A stretch of 64,000 nt of DNA from Candidatus Eiseniibacteriota bacterium (GCA_963792585.1 CAWBWI010000003.1:832001-896000); one strand, 5' to 3'; counted from the stretch's first letter, positions 17,700 through 29,782 are shown. Numbers and translations: made by a program. The notes: a model not told the origin generated them from the sequence alone.

Positions 17700-18950
17700 T
17701 CACGGCGAGGGGATTTCGGCGGATCGCTTGATCTTCTCGCGCAGCGTCTTGCGATCGATCCCGAGGATCTCCGCTGCGCGCGTGCGATTGCCCTTCACCG
17801 CGGCGAGCACCTCCTGGATGTGGGCCCCCTCCACGTCCGCGAGCGAGCGGAGAGCGGCCGCGGGACCCTGTGCGCTCGATCGCATCGGCGCCGGAAGGTC
17901 GGGAAGTTCCACGGTCTCTCCCTTCGCCCCGGCGACGAGCCGTCGAATCGTCCACCAAAGTTCAACGACGTTGCCGGGCCACGGATAGGCCTGGAGCGCC
18001 TCGAGCGTCCGATCGGCAAAGATGGGGCAGGGCAGCCCCAGTTCCCCGGCCGCCCGCTCGGCGAAGTGCCGGGCGAGCAGGAGCAGGTCGTCGCCGCGTT
18101 CGCGCAAGGGCGGCAACGGGATCTGGATGGCGCTCAGTTTGCCGTGGAGCCGACCGTCGAATACGCCCCGCTCGACCATTCCCGCGAGATCGATGCTCGT
18201 CGATGCGACGATGCGACCCGAAGAATTCCCGCTCATGACCTCGAGGAGACTCTGCTGGGATGCGCGATCGAGCGAGTCGACGTCGGCGAGGTAGAGGGTT
18301 CCGTCCACACGGGGTTCAAACACGCCGACCCGTGCCGCGCAGTCGATCTCGATGAACAGGGATTCCGTGCGCGAGCCGACGGCATGCAGCGCCCTCGCCA
18401 CGCTGCGCAACCCCGTGCCGTTCTCGCCTCGGACGAGCACGGGCAACACCCCTTCCGCATGTTCTCGGATTGCGCGGAACACGGGCAACATCGCTTCGGA
18501 AGCGCCGAGCATGCCCGGGACCCCTTCCCGGGGGATCTCCGCCGGTGGGGCCTGCATCGAGTGCCGGGCGCGGATCCGATCGACCGCCCGTTCGATCGCC
18601 GCGAGCAGCTCGGCCGAGGTGAACGGCTTGGGAAGATAGTCGGCGGCGCCGGTGCGCATCGCGGCGACGGCTCCTTCGACGGAGGGATAGCCCGTGATCA
18701 TCAGGACCTCGGTTTCCCTCAGGTTCTCCCGTACGTGGCGTACGAGCTCGATCCCCGATACCCCCGGCATCTTCAGGTCGGTGACGACGACGTCGACCGT
18801 TTCGCCGCCGAGCAACTGGACCGCCTGCGGGACTCCCGTCGCGCAGTGCACGCGGTAGCCGGCGGTTTCCAGGTTCCGACGCAGCACCTCCAGGGTGTCG
18901 AGTGAATCGTCCACCACGAGAATGGTCCTTCGAATGTCATGCTCGTTCAT
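17700..18950 (-). CDS. NtrC-family response regulator with degenerate AAA+ domain
   Basis: REC domain (VVDD, TDLKMPG, YLPKPF); Walker A GENGTGLR lacks Lys, no GAFTGA, Walker B LYLADV; WPGNVVEL and HTH 'GNRTRAAEILGIDRKTL' retained. Confidence 0.88.
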   Translation of the reverse strand: MNEHDIRRTILVVDDSLDTLEVLRRNLETAGYRVHCATGVPQAVQLLGGETVDVVVTDLKMPGVSGIELVRHVRENLRETEVLMITGYPSVEGAVAAMRTGAADYLPKPFTSAELLAAIERAVDRIRARHSMQAPPAEIPREGVPGMLGASEAMLPVFRAIREHAEGVLPVLVRGENGTGLRSVARALHAVGSRTESLFIEIDCAARVGVFEPRVDGTLYLADVDSLDRASQQSLLEVMSGNSSGRIVASTSIDLAGMVERGVFDGRLHGKLSAIQIPLPPLRERGDDLLLLARHFAERAAGELGLPCPIFADRTLEALQAYPWPGNVVELWWTIRRLVAGAKGETVELPDLPAPMRSSAQGPAAALRSLADVEGAHIQEVLAAVKGNRTRAAEILGIDRKTLREKIKRSAEIPSP

Positions 18951-20643
18951 GGCTTGCTCCGGCGGCGGGAAGCCGCACCTCGAACTTGGATCCGATGCCC
19001 GGCAGGCTCGTGACCGAAATCGCGCCGCCGTGAGCGGTGACGATTCCGTGCACGACCGACAGGCCGAGACCCGTCCCTTGGCCTACTTCCTTCGTCGTGA
19101 AGAAGGGGACGAAGATCTGTTTCAGGGTCTCCTCGGACATGCCGATTCCCGTGTCTTCGACGGAAACGCAGACCGTGTCATCGCCGGCGCGCGTGGCAAG
19201 CGTCAATTCCCCTCCGTCCGGCATCGCCTGCGCCGCATTGACCATCAGGTTGACGATGACCTGAAGCATCTGCCCCGGATCGGCGATCACCTTGGGGAGC
19301 TCGGGATCCAGTCGATAGACGAGGCGGATCCGTTGCGAGGCGATCCTTGGTTCGATGAAGGAGAAACCCTCGTGGATCGTGTTGTTCAGATCGACCTCGA
19401 CCATGCCCGGCGGCGTCTGGCGGCCGAAGAACATCAGCTTCTTGATGATCTCCCGGACATGCAGCGCGGCCTTGACGATCTTGTCCAGATCCTTCGCGAC
19501 CTGCGCGGGCAATCCCTGCGCATCGCGCGCGAGTTGCGCGAATCCCAGGATCCCGCCCAACGGCTCGTTCAACTCGTGCGCCACCCCCGCGGTCAGCTTG
19601 CCAAGGGTGGCAAGCCGGTCCGCATGGTAGAGCTGTTCCTGGAGACGGGTCCGCTGCTCCTCCGCCTGCCGCCCCTCGACGACGAGGGCGACCTGACGAG
19701 CGATCTCGTTGATCAGGTTCCGCTCTTCGATCAGGAACGGTCCTTCGTGCATCTGCGGCTGCGGCTCCAGATAGACGACCTCGACCGCCCCACGCGTCCG
19801 ACCATCGATGACGATATCGGCGACCTGCCCCTGGTCCGACGCACGGAAGTCGGGCGTGGAGTACGAAGCGCCGTCGAGCCGAACGCAGGCCGCGCAACGA
19901 TCGGGGTACTGCCACCCGGGCGGAAGCAGACCCGCAATCTCCGTGAGAATCTCCGGCAGCGGACGCGCGTGCGCCCCGGCGACTTTCGCGATGCCGTAGA
20001 GGCAGGTCAACTCCTTCACACGTTCCTGGAACGCCCACTGGACCCGGTGGTGGGTCAGGGCAAGGCCGAGGGCTTCCGCGACATCCTCGAAGTAATGGAC
20101 GTCCTCCTCCTCGAAGCGCTCGGCGCGTTCGTGGATCATCTGGAGCAGCCCGTAGGGTCGTCCCTCGACACGAAAGGGCAGAAGCACGAGAGAACGGAAT
20201 CCTCCCGCGCGAGCCCAGCCGGCGATCTCGATCGTGCGATCGGGCAGGTGGATCGGCCCGCACTCTTGCGCATCGGCGCTCCAGAATCCGCCGCGGGGCG
20301 TGAAGCGAGGAGCGGACGTTCCCATCGTCCCGCGAAGCAACGCCCGGCAGAGCGCGCCCTGCGGGGTCTCCGGGAGGATGGTCGCGTCCTGCGCCGTGTC
20401 GACCCGCTCCGTCTCGAAGCGGAAACCGGCGGTGGGCCGGCGGATCGCGCGGGAGCGGGTTGCGGGGGTCCATTCCTCGAGTCGGACGACGATCGCGCCG
20501 CTGCGTGAGACATCGAGGAGGATCTGCGTGACCTCCTCGAGGAACGCAACGATCGGGGCGCCCCGGTCGGCCGAACGGAGCAACCGTGTCACCAGCTCGC
20601 GATAGTCTTCGGCCGCGCGGCCGGGCCCGCCCAGTGTGGCCAA
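18937..20643 (-). CDS. Cytoplasmic GAF-domain sensor histidine kinase (NtrB-like HisKA/HATPase)
   Basis: H-box AHELNEPL, N-box NLMVNAAQA, DTGIG, FFTTK, GTGLGL; GAF-like N-terminus; GAGGAGG RBS before TTG. Confidence 0.92.
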   Translation of the reverse strand: MATLGGPGRAAEDYRELVTRLLRSADRGAPIVAFLEEVTQILLDVSRSGAIVVRLEEWTPATRSRAIRRPTAGFRFETERVDTAQDATILPETPQGALCRALLRGTMGTSAPRFTPRGGFWSADAQECGPIHLPDRTIEIAGWARAGGFRSLVLLPFRVEGRPYGLLQMIHERAERFEEEDVHYFEDVAEALGLALTHHRVQWAFQERVKELTCLYGIAKVAGAHARPLPEILTEIAGLLPPGWQYPDRCAACVRLDGASYSTPDFRASDQGQVADIVIDGRTRGAVEVVYLEPQPQMHEGPFLIEERNLINEIARQVALVVEGRQAEEQRTRLQEQLYHADRLATLGKLTAGVAHELNEPLGGILGFAQLARDAQGLPAQVAKDLDKIVKAALHVREIIKKLMFFGRQTPPGMVEVDLNNTIHEGFSFIEPRIASQRIRLVYRLDPELPKVIADPGQMLQVIVNLMVNAAQAMPDGGELTLATRAGDDTVCVSVEDTGIGMSEETLKQIFVPFFTTKEVGQGTGLGLSVVHGIVTAHGGAISVTSLPGIGSKFEVRLPAAGASHERA

Positions 20644-20680
20644 GAAAGGAGCCTCCTCGATTCCAGCCCAGAGAATGGGC

Positions 20681-20714
20681 CATGCGGGCGGGCCGGTACA
20701 AGCCCGCCCGCATG
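20681..20714 (-). terminator. Strong hairpin between the porin and kinase genes
   Basis: catgcgggcgggc-N8-gcccgcccgcatg, 13-bp perfect stem, weak U-tract. Confidence 0.45.
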
Positions 20715-20723
20715 CGGGGAAGC

Positions 20724-21869
20724 TCAGAACGTGCAGAGGGCGTTGAGCGTGACCGTGTTCTGGCTCCGGCGGGTGGCCTTGCGCTCCTTGCGTTCGAACA
20801 CGCTCTGATCCGATCGATCGGTCCGAAGGTCGAGCCTGAGGAGGAATCCGGAGGGGAGTTTCAGTTCGGGAGTCAGACTGATCTCCTTGAGAGTCTGTGC
20901 CGTTCCCGTCCGGAAGCCGTCTCCGTCGTCGAAGACCTCCGCCCGAGCGGTGAGCGACCAGGGGCCCGAGACTGCCGCCCGCACGTAGAGCGCCCCACCC
21001 TTCCAGATCGCATCGTCCCCGGAAGCGAGCGCCTTGGCCTCCGTCCCGTAGTCGAGATTCGCGCCAAGGGAGAACCGTCCAGCGGGTTTGTATCCGGCGA
21101 CGATGTCCACGACGTGACGAAGATCCGACGAGCTGTCGCGCTCGGCGCCGCCGAGGTAGTTGACGAGCACGGTCGCGCCGTCGACCGGTGTGAGGGCGAG
21201 CTGCGCCCCCACCGACTTCGATCGGTTGTTGTCACGCACGTTGTCCCAGCCGTTCACGAGATAGGCGGAAGCGGCCACGCGGGGGCTGAATGCGTATCCC
21301 GCCTTGAGTCCCGTCTGCGTGAACGGAATCGCATAGCCGAAGAGGAAGGAACGCGTCGCCTGATCGTTGACCCCGTCGTAGCCGTCGATCACCTCGTACC
21401 CGAGGTGGGTGACGTGCTTGCCGAAGTCGAGTCGAAGGCCTTTGCCGACGGGAAGGATATAGCTCGCCAGGGCCTGATGGATATCGATGTCTTGCGCGCG
21501 GCCCTCATCGTCGCGGAACAACCCGGATGCCGCCGCGACGCGGGGAATCGATGATCCGGCGGTGAGGTGGATGCTGAATCCGGCCTGGCCCGCCGCTGCG
21601 GGGATCCTCTGAACCGCCAACTCGGCCACGTCGATCTGGAAGGTCCCCTCGTCCTGGTCGAACACGCGGAACTGGTTCGTCCGCGAGTCCGGACGGTTTG
21701 CATTGAATCCGTAGCTCGTCGAGACGAGTCCATTGACGGTCACCTGTTGGAACCAGGGCGCCGGCTCCTCTCCTCGCGCGCCGCCGCCCAGGAACAGGAG
21801 GGGGGCGGCGAGCAGAAGAGGCGGCAGGATTCCCCGGAACGCCCGGGTACGGTGCTTGTGCTTCATCAT
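20724..21869 (-). CDS. Outer-membrane beta-barrel porin (DUF1597/BBP2-type)
   Basis: Signal peptide; 'DFGKHVTHLGYEVID..N..TRSFLFGYAIPFTQTG', 'NGWDNVRDNN'; C-terminal Phe. Confidence 0.82.
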   Translation of the reverse strand: MMKHKHRTRAFRGILPPLLLAAPLLFLGGGARGEEPAPWFQQVTVNGLVSTSYGFNANRPDSRTNQFRVFDQDEGTFQIDVAELAVQRIPAAAGQAGFSIHLTAGSSIPRVAAASGLFRDDEGRAQDIDIHQALASYILPVGKGLRLDFGKHVTHLGYEVIDGYDGVNDQATRSFLFGYAIPFTQTGLKAGYAFSPRVAASAYLVNGWDNVRDNNRSKSVGAQLALTPVDGATVLVNYLGGAERDSSSDLRHVVDIVAGYKPAGRFSLGANLDYGTEAKALASGDDAIWKGGALYVRAAVSGPWSLTARAEVFDDGDGFRTGTAQTLKEISLTPELKLPSGFLLRLDLRTDRSDQSVFERKERKATRRSQNTVTLNALCTF

Positions 21870-21888
21870 CCGTCCTTTCGTATTGTCC

Positions 21889-23100
21889 CTAGATGTAGGC
21901 CTGCTCACCGTGCAGGGATTCATCGAGGCCGGAGGTTTCCTGCGCCTCCGAGACCCGAACCGGCGTGATCAGGTTGATCAGCCAGAGCATCGCGTACGTG
22001 AAGAGGAACGCGTAGACGGAGAAGCCGATGACCGCGGTGAGCTGCTTGCCCAGGAGAGCGCCGCCTCCTCCGTAGAAGAGGCCGTCGGCGCTCGTGGCGT
22101 TGACCGCCTTCGATGCGAAGAAGCCGAGCAGGATCGTGCCCAGGCAGCCGCCGACGCCGTGGACGCCCCAGACGTCCAGCGCGTCGTCCCAGTGCGCCCG
22201 GCCCTTCACCCAGATCGCGAAGTAGCAGACGACCCCCGCAAGGGTGCCGATGATGACCGCCGATCCGGTGGTGACATAGCCCGCCGTCGGCGTGACCGTC
22301 GCGAGTCCGGCGACGGCGCCCGTGAGCAGGCCGAGGAACTTCGGTTTCTTCTCGAAGATCACCGCCATGAGGAGCCAGGCGCAGGCGGCGAACGAGGCGG
22401 CGACGTCGGTGTTCAAGAAAGCCAAGCCGGTCACGCCGTCGACCTTCAACTGGCTCCCCGCATTGAATCCGTACCATCCGAACCAGAGGAGACCCGTCCC
22501 GAGTGCGACGAGCGGGATGCTGTGGGGGCCCTTGTCGGCGATCTTCCTCGGACCGACGAAGATGACCGAGGCAAGGGCCGCGAATCCCGCGACCGCATGG
22601 ACGACGATGCCGCCCGCGAAGTCCTGCACGCCCCAGTGTTGCAGAGCGCCTCCACCCCAGATCATGTGAACGGCGGGGAAGTAGACGAACAGCAGCCAGG
22701 CGACCAGAAAGACGATGTAGGCGCCGAAGCGGACCCGGTTCGCGAAGGCGCCGGTGATGAGCGCCGGGGTGATGATCGCGAACATCATCTGATAGGTGCA
22801 GAAGACGAAGACCGGGATCGTCTGGGATCCGCTGAATGCATCCATGGGGTGCATTCCCCGGAAGAAGGCATTGTCCAGGTTCCCGATGATGCCGCCGACA
22901 TCGCCCGAGAAGCAGAGGGAATAGCCGCAGATGAACCAGAGGACGGTCGTGACCCCCATCGACACGAAGCTCTGGATCATGATCGCCAGGACATTCTTCC
23001 GGCCCACCAGGCCCCCGTAGAAGAACGCAAGCCCTGGGGTCATGAGCATCACCAAGCTCGCCGCCAGGAGCATGAACGCGGTATTGCCGGTATCGAACAT
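21889..23100 (-). CDS. amtB: Ammonium transporter
   Basis: MTPGLAFFYGGLV, FAIITPALITGAFA, DFAGGIVVH, LWFGWYGFNAGS, DDALDVWGVHG (twin His intact). Confidence 0.97.
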   Translation of the reverse strand: MFDTGNTAFMLLAASLVMLMTPGLAFFYGGLVGRKNVLAIMIQSFVSMGVTTVLWFICGYSLCFSGDVGGIIGNLDNAFFRGMHPMDAFSGSQTIPVFVFCTYQMMFAIITPALITGAFANRVRFGAYIVFLVAWLLFVYFPAVHMIWGGGALQHWGVQDFAGGIVVHAVAGFAALASVIFVGPRKIADKGPHSIPLVALGTGLLWFGWYGFNAGSQLKVDGVTGLAFLNTDVAASFAACAWLLMAVIFEKKPKFLGLLTGAVAGLATVTPTAGYVTTGSAVIIGTLAGVVCYFAIWVKGRAHWDDALDVWGVHGVGGCLGTILLGFFASKAVNATSADGLFYGGGGALLGKQLTAVIGFSVYAFLFTYAMLWLINLITPVRVSEAQETSGLDESLHGEQAYI

Positions 23101-23349
23101 CTGTCATCCTCCTCGGATCCCATTGAATCACAATGAGTTGAGATGTGAGTAATAACACCCCATCTACAGGGGCAAAAAGTACCAGAGAACCGATCAGAAA
23201 GTCGAGCGATACAGCGTTGCCGGCTGGATTAGAAAATCTTGGGGCTCCCGCAGCGCGCCCGGGACTCCGCGGGTCAGGTCGAGGGGAGAGGGGTTTGCCC
23301 TGCGCCGATCGGACCCCTACAGTCTCTTGTCCAAACGGAGGGTGACTCA

Positions 23350-24741
<1,392 letters not shown>

Positions 24742-24786
24742 AAGAGCGCTCACGTCGCATTCGCGGACCAGGATGGGAGAGATCGG

Positions 24787-25326
24787 GTGGTTGCTCTCGA
24801 GAGGGTGTTGGCTTTGAGTTGCGCGGCAACGCGCCGACTCAGGTGCGCCATGTTCCTGGTGGCGCTCGGTGCTGGGGTCTCGGGATCCGTCTTCTCCGCC
24901 GGTCCCGCCGCGGGTGCTGAGAGGACGCCGGCCCGCAATCGTGTCTTCCTGGAGGCGCTCGGCTCCGGCCTCCTCTACTCCCTCAACTACGAGATCGCGC
25001 TCTCGGATCGTGCGGGCGTTCGCCTCGGCGTGAGCGGACTGCCTCTCTCCAGCGCCAGCTACATCGTCGGACTCGGAATGCCGACGATTTTGCTCGGTCG
25101 CGGAGTTCATACTGCGCTGATCGCCGCCGGCATCGGAATCGGGTGGATCGAGGAGGTTGCCATCTTCGAATCCCAGGAAACCGTCGTGGCATACGGTATC
25201 GGATCCATTGGATATCAGTTCCAGCCGCACTCACGGGGAATCTTCATCCGTGGATGCTTCACGCCGGTCTTCACGGATCATGAATTCTCACCTTGGGGGG
25301 GACTGAGCGTCGGGACTGCCTTCTGA
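24787..25326 (+). CDS. Hypothetical small outer-membrane beta-barrel-like protein
   Basis: Signal-like N-terminus, amphipathic strands 'NRVFLEALGSGLLYSLNYE', C-terminal 'GGLSVGTAF'; start uncertain. Confidence 0.6.
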   Translation: MVALERVLALSCAATRRLRCAMFLVALGAGVSGSVFSAGPAAGAERTPARNRVFLEALGSGLLYSLNYEIALSDRAGVRLGVSGLPLSSASYIVGLGMPTILLGRGVHTALIAAGIGIGWIEEVAIFESQETVVAYGIGSIGYQFQPHSRGIFIRGCFTPVFTDHEFSPWGGLSVGTAF

Positions 25327-25587
25327 TGTTCTCACGGGAAATGTGACCGGGCCGATTGCGTGGCATCGACCTGACGTCCAGCTGAGGTCACGGCATGCTT
25401 GCCCAATGCCGCTCACCTTCCCTAGTATGCAACGTTCGGCCAAGTGACGAGCGTCCGTGCGTGGATCGCTCAGACCACCAGATCGAAGGAGCGGGCGGCT
25501 GGTCGCTCTTGCGGGCCCGGCCAGAGCCGTTTTCGGCCATCCCCCTCCTTCCGTTCTCAGGGCGCCGCAGAAGGGGTGGAATCCACC

Positions 25588-26799
25588 ATGGCCACGAAAA
25601 TCATGCTCGCCGTGCTCCTTGTGCTCGCATTCCGTTCACCGACATTCGCCCAGACTTGGAACCCGGCAGCAAGCATGCCCGGGCTCGGACGCCATCATCC
25701 CGTCAGTTTCAGTCTCGATGGCTTTGGATATGCGGCCACCGGTACGACCACCCAATCGGGCGTCTCGGATGACTTCTACCGATACGACCCGATCGCGGAT
25801 AGCTGGGACGTGCTGCCGGACTTTCCGGGACCCGACAGGAGCTACTCATACGGTGGCGTCTTCAATGGAAAGGGATATCTGGGTTTTGGGTTCGGCGGCA
25901 CCTACCTTGCCGACCTGTGGGAGTACGACCCCGTCTCCGAACAATGGACCCAGCTGGCTTCTCTTCCGGCATCCGGACGGATGCACCCCGCGTTCGTCAT
26001 CACCGACGAGGGAAAGATCTTCGTGGGGATGGGCAACGCGGGAGGCAATTTCAGGGATTGGTGGGAATACGAAATCGCCACCAATGTCTGGACGCAGAAG
26101 GCGAATCTGCCGGGGGGAGCAAGGCATCATCCCTTCTACTTCAATATTGGAAAGTACCCGTATGTCGGCTTCGGCCACGGGACGGTCGTCTACAAAGATC
26201 TCTATCGCTTCGACCCGGACAACAATACATGGACTCGGATGGCGGATTTCCCCGGCGAGGCCAGGGTCGCGGGCACCCAGTTCTCCTATGAAAGCAAGGG
26301 CTACATCCTCAGCGGTCAGGGACAGGACGAACTGAACCTCGATACGGGTGAGTTCTGGGAGTACATCCCCACGGAGGATCGTTGGGTCGCGCTGCCACCG
26401 CACCCCGGCTCGGGACGATGGGCGCCCGGCAATTTCATGATCGGGCACACGCTCTATCTCATGGCCGGAGAGAGCAACACTCAGTTGGAGCATGACATGT
26501 GGAGGTTTGACATGGCGACGACATCGGACGCTGTCGACCTCGCCCCGGAGAAGGATCTCTCGTTCACTCTATGCCCGAATCCCGTCACGGGCCGGCTGCT
26601 CCGCCTGAACGGGCTCCCTGCATCTCAGGACGTTGCGGCCATCCAAATCATCGGCGTCGACGGCAGGCGGATCTGTGAACTGGAGAGTTCCTCCGCCACG
26701 ATTCGGATTCCCGACCGGCTCGCGCCCGGACAGTATTTCCTCTCATTCTCCATGGGGAGTGGAGCGCGGCATGCCCGCCGGATCACCGTGGCGAAGTAG
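25588..26799 (+). CDS. Secreted Kelch-repeat protein with T9SS type-A-like C-terminal domain
   Basis: Six Kelch repeats (DFYRYDP..DSW..LPDFPG..R); tail 'FTLCPNPVTG...IIGVDGRRI...LAPGQYFL...RITVAK'. Confidence 0.85.
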   Translation: MATKIMLAVLLVLAFRSPTFAQTWNPAASMPGLGRHHPVSFSLDGFGYAATGTTTQSGVSDDFYRYDPIADSWDVLPDFPGPDRSYSYGGVFNGKGYLGFGFGGTYLADLWEYDPVSEQWTQLASLPASGRMHPAFVITDEGKIFVGMGNAGGNFRDWWEYEIATNVWTQKANLPGGARHHPFYFNIGKYPYVGFGHGTVVYKDLYRFDPDNNTWTRMADFPGEARVAGTQFSYESKGYILSGQGQDELNLDTGEFWEYIPTEDRWVALPPHPGSGRWAPGNFMIGHTLYLMAGESNTQLEHDMWRFDMATTSDAVDLAPEKDLSFTLCPNPVTGRLLRLNGLPASQDVAAIQIIGVDGRRICELESSSATIRIPDRLAPGQYFLSFSMGSGARHARRITVAK

Positions 26800-26935
26800 G
26801 CACGCGGCGCGGGCACGAATCGAGGAGGCTCCCCACTGCCGGATCCCGAGTTTGTCTCAAGATACCCGGCCGTCCGGGCATCCCATGGGTCAATGGCCTG
26901 CGCCCCGAATCGCCTTCGAGGGCTCCAAGAGAGGT

Positions 26936-29782
26936 CTATTTGTACCCGAAGACCACCGCGTAGATGATCAGCCCGATCAAGAGGAGCCCGATCGTCAGAG
27001 CGGTCAACCCGAAGATCCTCCAGAAGCGGAGCATCTGCGGCGACGGCGGCTCGACCATATGCTCCTGCAGGGTCCCCTTGGCGATCATCTCCTCGTACTC
27101 GCGCGGCCGGTCGATCTTGAACTCCTCGAGCGGGACGCGGCCCGTGAAGATCACCGTGTCCATCGGGAACTTCTCGGGCCGGAAGTGGGTGTTGAAGAAG
27201 TGGATCGTGAAGATGAAGCCCACCGCCAGCAGCGCCTCGTCGCTGTGGATGATCGTCGCCACGTTGAGGAACCAGCCCGGCAGGATCTTCGTGAAGAACT
27301 CCGGGCAACCAGAGCAGGAGCCCGGTCGCGCCGATCATCGCGACGCCCCAGAAGACCGCGAAGTAGTCGAACTTCTCCCAGTACGTCCAGCGTCCGTAGT
27401 CGGGCCGCGGTCCGCGGCCGATGAACCACTTCAGCGACGCGACGAACTCCTGCCCGTCGCGCTTGTTGAAGAGCATGCTGTCCGGGCCGATGACGAGATT
27501 CTTCAGTCCGCCCGCCTCGACCCGCTTGCGCTTCAGCAGATCCCAGATGTGGAGCCCGAAGTAGGTGAAGGTGATGATCGCGCAGACCCGGTGGACGACG
27601 CCGGCCGACTCGAACCCGCCGAAGATCCGCGCCACCAGGCGCGCCCAGCCGGTGTAGGAGAACTTGAGCGCTCATGCCGGTCAGCGCCAGTCCGAAGAAG
27701 CTCACGATCACCATCAGGTGGAGCTTGCTGTAGAAGGGCTTGAAGCGCGTCGGACGTACTGGCCCGAGGCGTGCGACGTGCGCTCCTGCATCATCTGCCT
27801 GCGGAACTGAAGCGAGCGGGGGAGCCAGGCGATCGTGTGGAGTCCCGCGAACGTGAGGGTCGACAGCAGCAGGAGGGTCATCGCCCAGAAAGTGTAGAAG
27901 AGGAACGGGTACTTCTTCGGATCGTGGTGGGTCGCGTGGGTCAGGTAGCCGGCGAAGCGGCGGTTCGACCCGGGATGGCACTGCGCGCAGGTCTTCACGA
28001 TGTTCTGCCGGCTCAGGTGGGACTTCGGATCCCAGTACGGGCAGGATGTCGTGCGCGCCATGGCAGTCGTAGCACTTCGCGGTCTTGACGTAGCCGAGCT
28101 TCGAGACCTTGCCGTGGTAGGTGTCGAAGTAGCTCTCCGTGATCTTCTCGTGGCAGTGGCCGCACTGGGCCATGATGCGCCAGCTTGAAATCGCTCGCGT
28201 CGGTCCGCTGGATCCCGTGGGCGGTGTGGCAGTCGCTGCAGTCCGGCAGCTTCTCCTTCGACTTCGAGACCGTCGGAGAGTGGATGCTGTTGGTGAACAG
28301 CTCGTAGATCCCCCGGTGGCACTGAGCGCATGTCTTCGCGACGTTCGCCCGGTTGACCGTCGATGCGGGGTCGCTTGCAGGAAGCTCTCCGTGGGCCGAG
28401 TGGCAGTTCGCGCAGGTGGCCGTGACGGTCAGGCCGCTCTCGAGGAGCCCTTTGCCGTGGATCGACTCGGAGTAGTGCTCGACCATCCCGGGCTCGGTGC
28501 CCGTGTACCGAACCGCGGCCTTCTCCCCCTTGCGATGGCAGGTTCCGCACAGGTTCGGAATGTTTCGGGGATAGGTCGGGGAGGTGGTCTCCGCTTTGCC
28601 CAGGACTCCGTGAGTCCCATGGCAGTCGCTGCACCTCGGCGCGTCCGGGCTCTCGAGCGCCGCGAGCTTGCCGTGCGTGCTCGTCTTGTACTGATCGACG
28701 ACCGCCGTGTGGCAGACCGAGCAGTCGACCCGCTCGGCGACGGTCGCGCAGGGGCGCTCCAGGGACGGCGTGCAGTTCTGGTGACACTGGACGCAGGCGA
28801 CGCGTGTGTGGCGCGAGTGCGCGAGCTCATCCTGGTTGACCCGGAGCTTCGAGCTCTCGATCCCGCCCGTCGACTTCAGGTCATCGCGCGCGTGGCAGCT
28901 CATGCAGTCCTGGTCGGCCATCCCCTGCGTGTAGTAGACCTTGCGGACCTTGTGCGGAGAGTGGCAGTCGACGCAGGCCGGGATCATGTGCGGCTGCTTC
29001 TCCCAGAGCTCACCGCGGATCACCTTGCGGTGGACGCGCTCGATCTGGCCGTGGCACTTCGTGCAGGTGCCGGCGATCTTCTCCTTGGATATCGATGAGC
29101 GCGGGTCCGTGTGGGGCAGGATGTCGTGAGCCATGTGGCAGCTCGTGCATACGGCCGTGACCACGAGCCCCTTCTTGTAGAGCCCGACTCCATGGATCGA
29201 CTCGGAGTAGTTCTCCAGGATCGAATCCTGGGGGATCGCGTGCGTGAGTTGGACCGGGGTTCCCTCGTGATGGCAGCTCCCGCACAGGGACGGGATGTTC
29301 ATCACCGAGGTCGGGGAGGTTGGGTCGGCGACGCGTTGGATCGCGTGGGTCCCGTGGCAGCTCTTGCAGGTCGGAGCGAGAGGGTCTCCCCGCTTCATCG
29401 CCCGCCCGTGCAGGCTCTCGTCGTACTTCGCCTGGATATCGTCATGGCACATCGCGCAGTCGACCGGCTGGAGCTTCTCCGGATGGGGGATGTCCCCGAT
29501 GTCGGTGTGACAGTCCTTGCAGTCGACCGAGGCGTGCGGGGAGGCGATCAGGGCCGCGGCGTCGATGTGGGGGGGAGTTCCCGCCTCGCGCCTCGTGACC
29601 GCGCCGACCTCGTGACAATCGATGCAGGTCTCGGCGCCTGGAGGGAGCGCGGGCTCGGGCGGGGCGGCCGGCGCGTCGCCGTCCGGGAAGAGAAGGATCG
29701 CGAGCAGGGCGAGCAGGCCGGAGGCGGCTGCGGTCCGCGCGCGGCCCCTTGCGATTGAACCTTGGAAACCCACGAACCTCAT
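26936..29782 (-). CDS. Multiheme cytochrome c (~19 CxxCH) fused to an FdnI/HydC-like cytochrome b membrane domain (CbcL-like); about five frameshifts in this assembly
   Basis: 16 CxxCH in ORF 28013-29872, then CGHCH, CYDCH and CAQCH in shifted frames. Membrane part '[13 protein letters not shown]', '[31 protein letters not shown]' is typical of CbcL-type cytochrome b. Confidence 0.85.

Noticed and set aside
23170..23185. sigma54 promoter upstream of amtB (TGGTACTTTTTGCC on the minus strand)
   Set aside because: GG-to-GC spacing is 8 rather than the required 10 nt.
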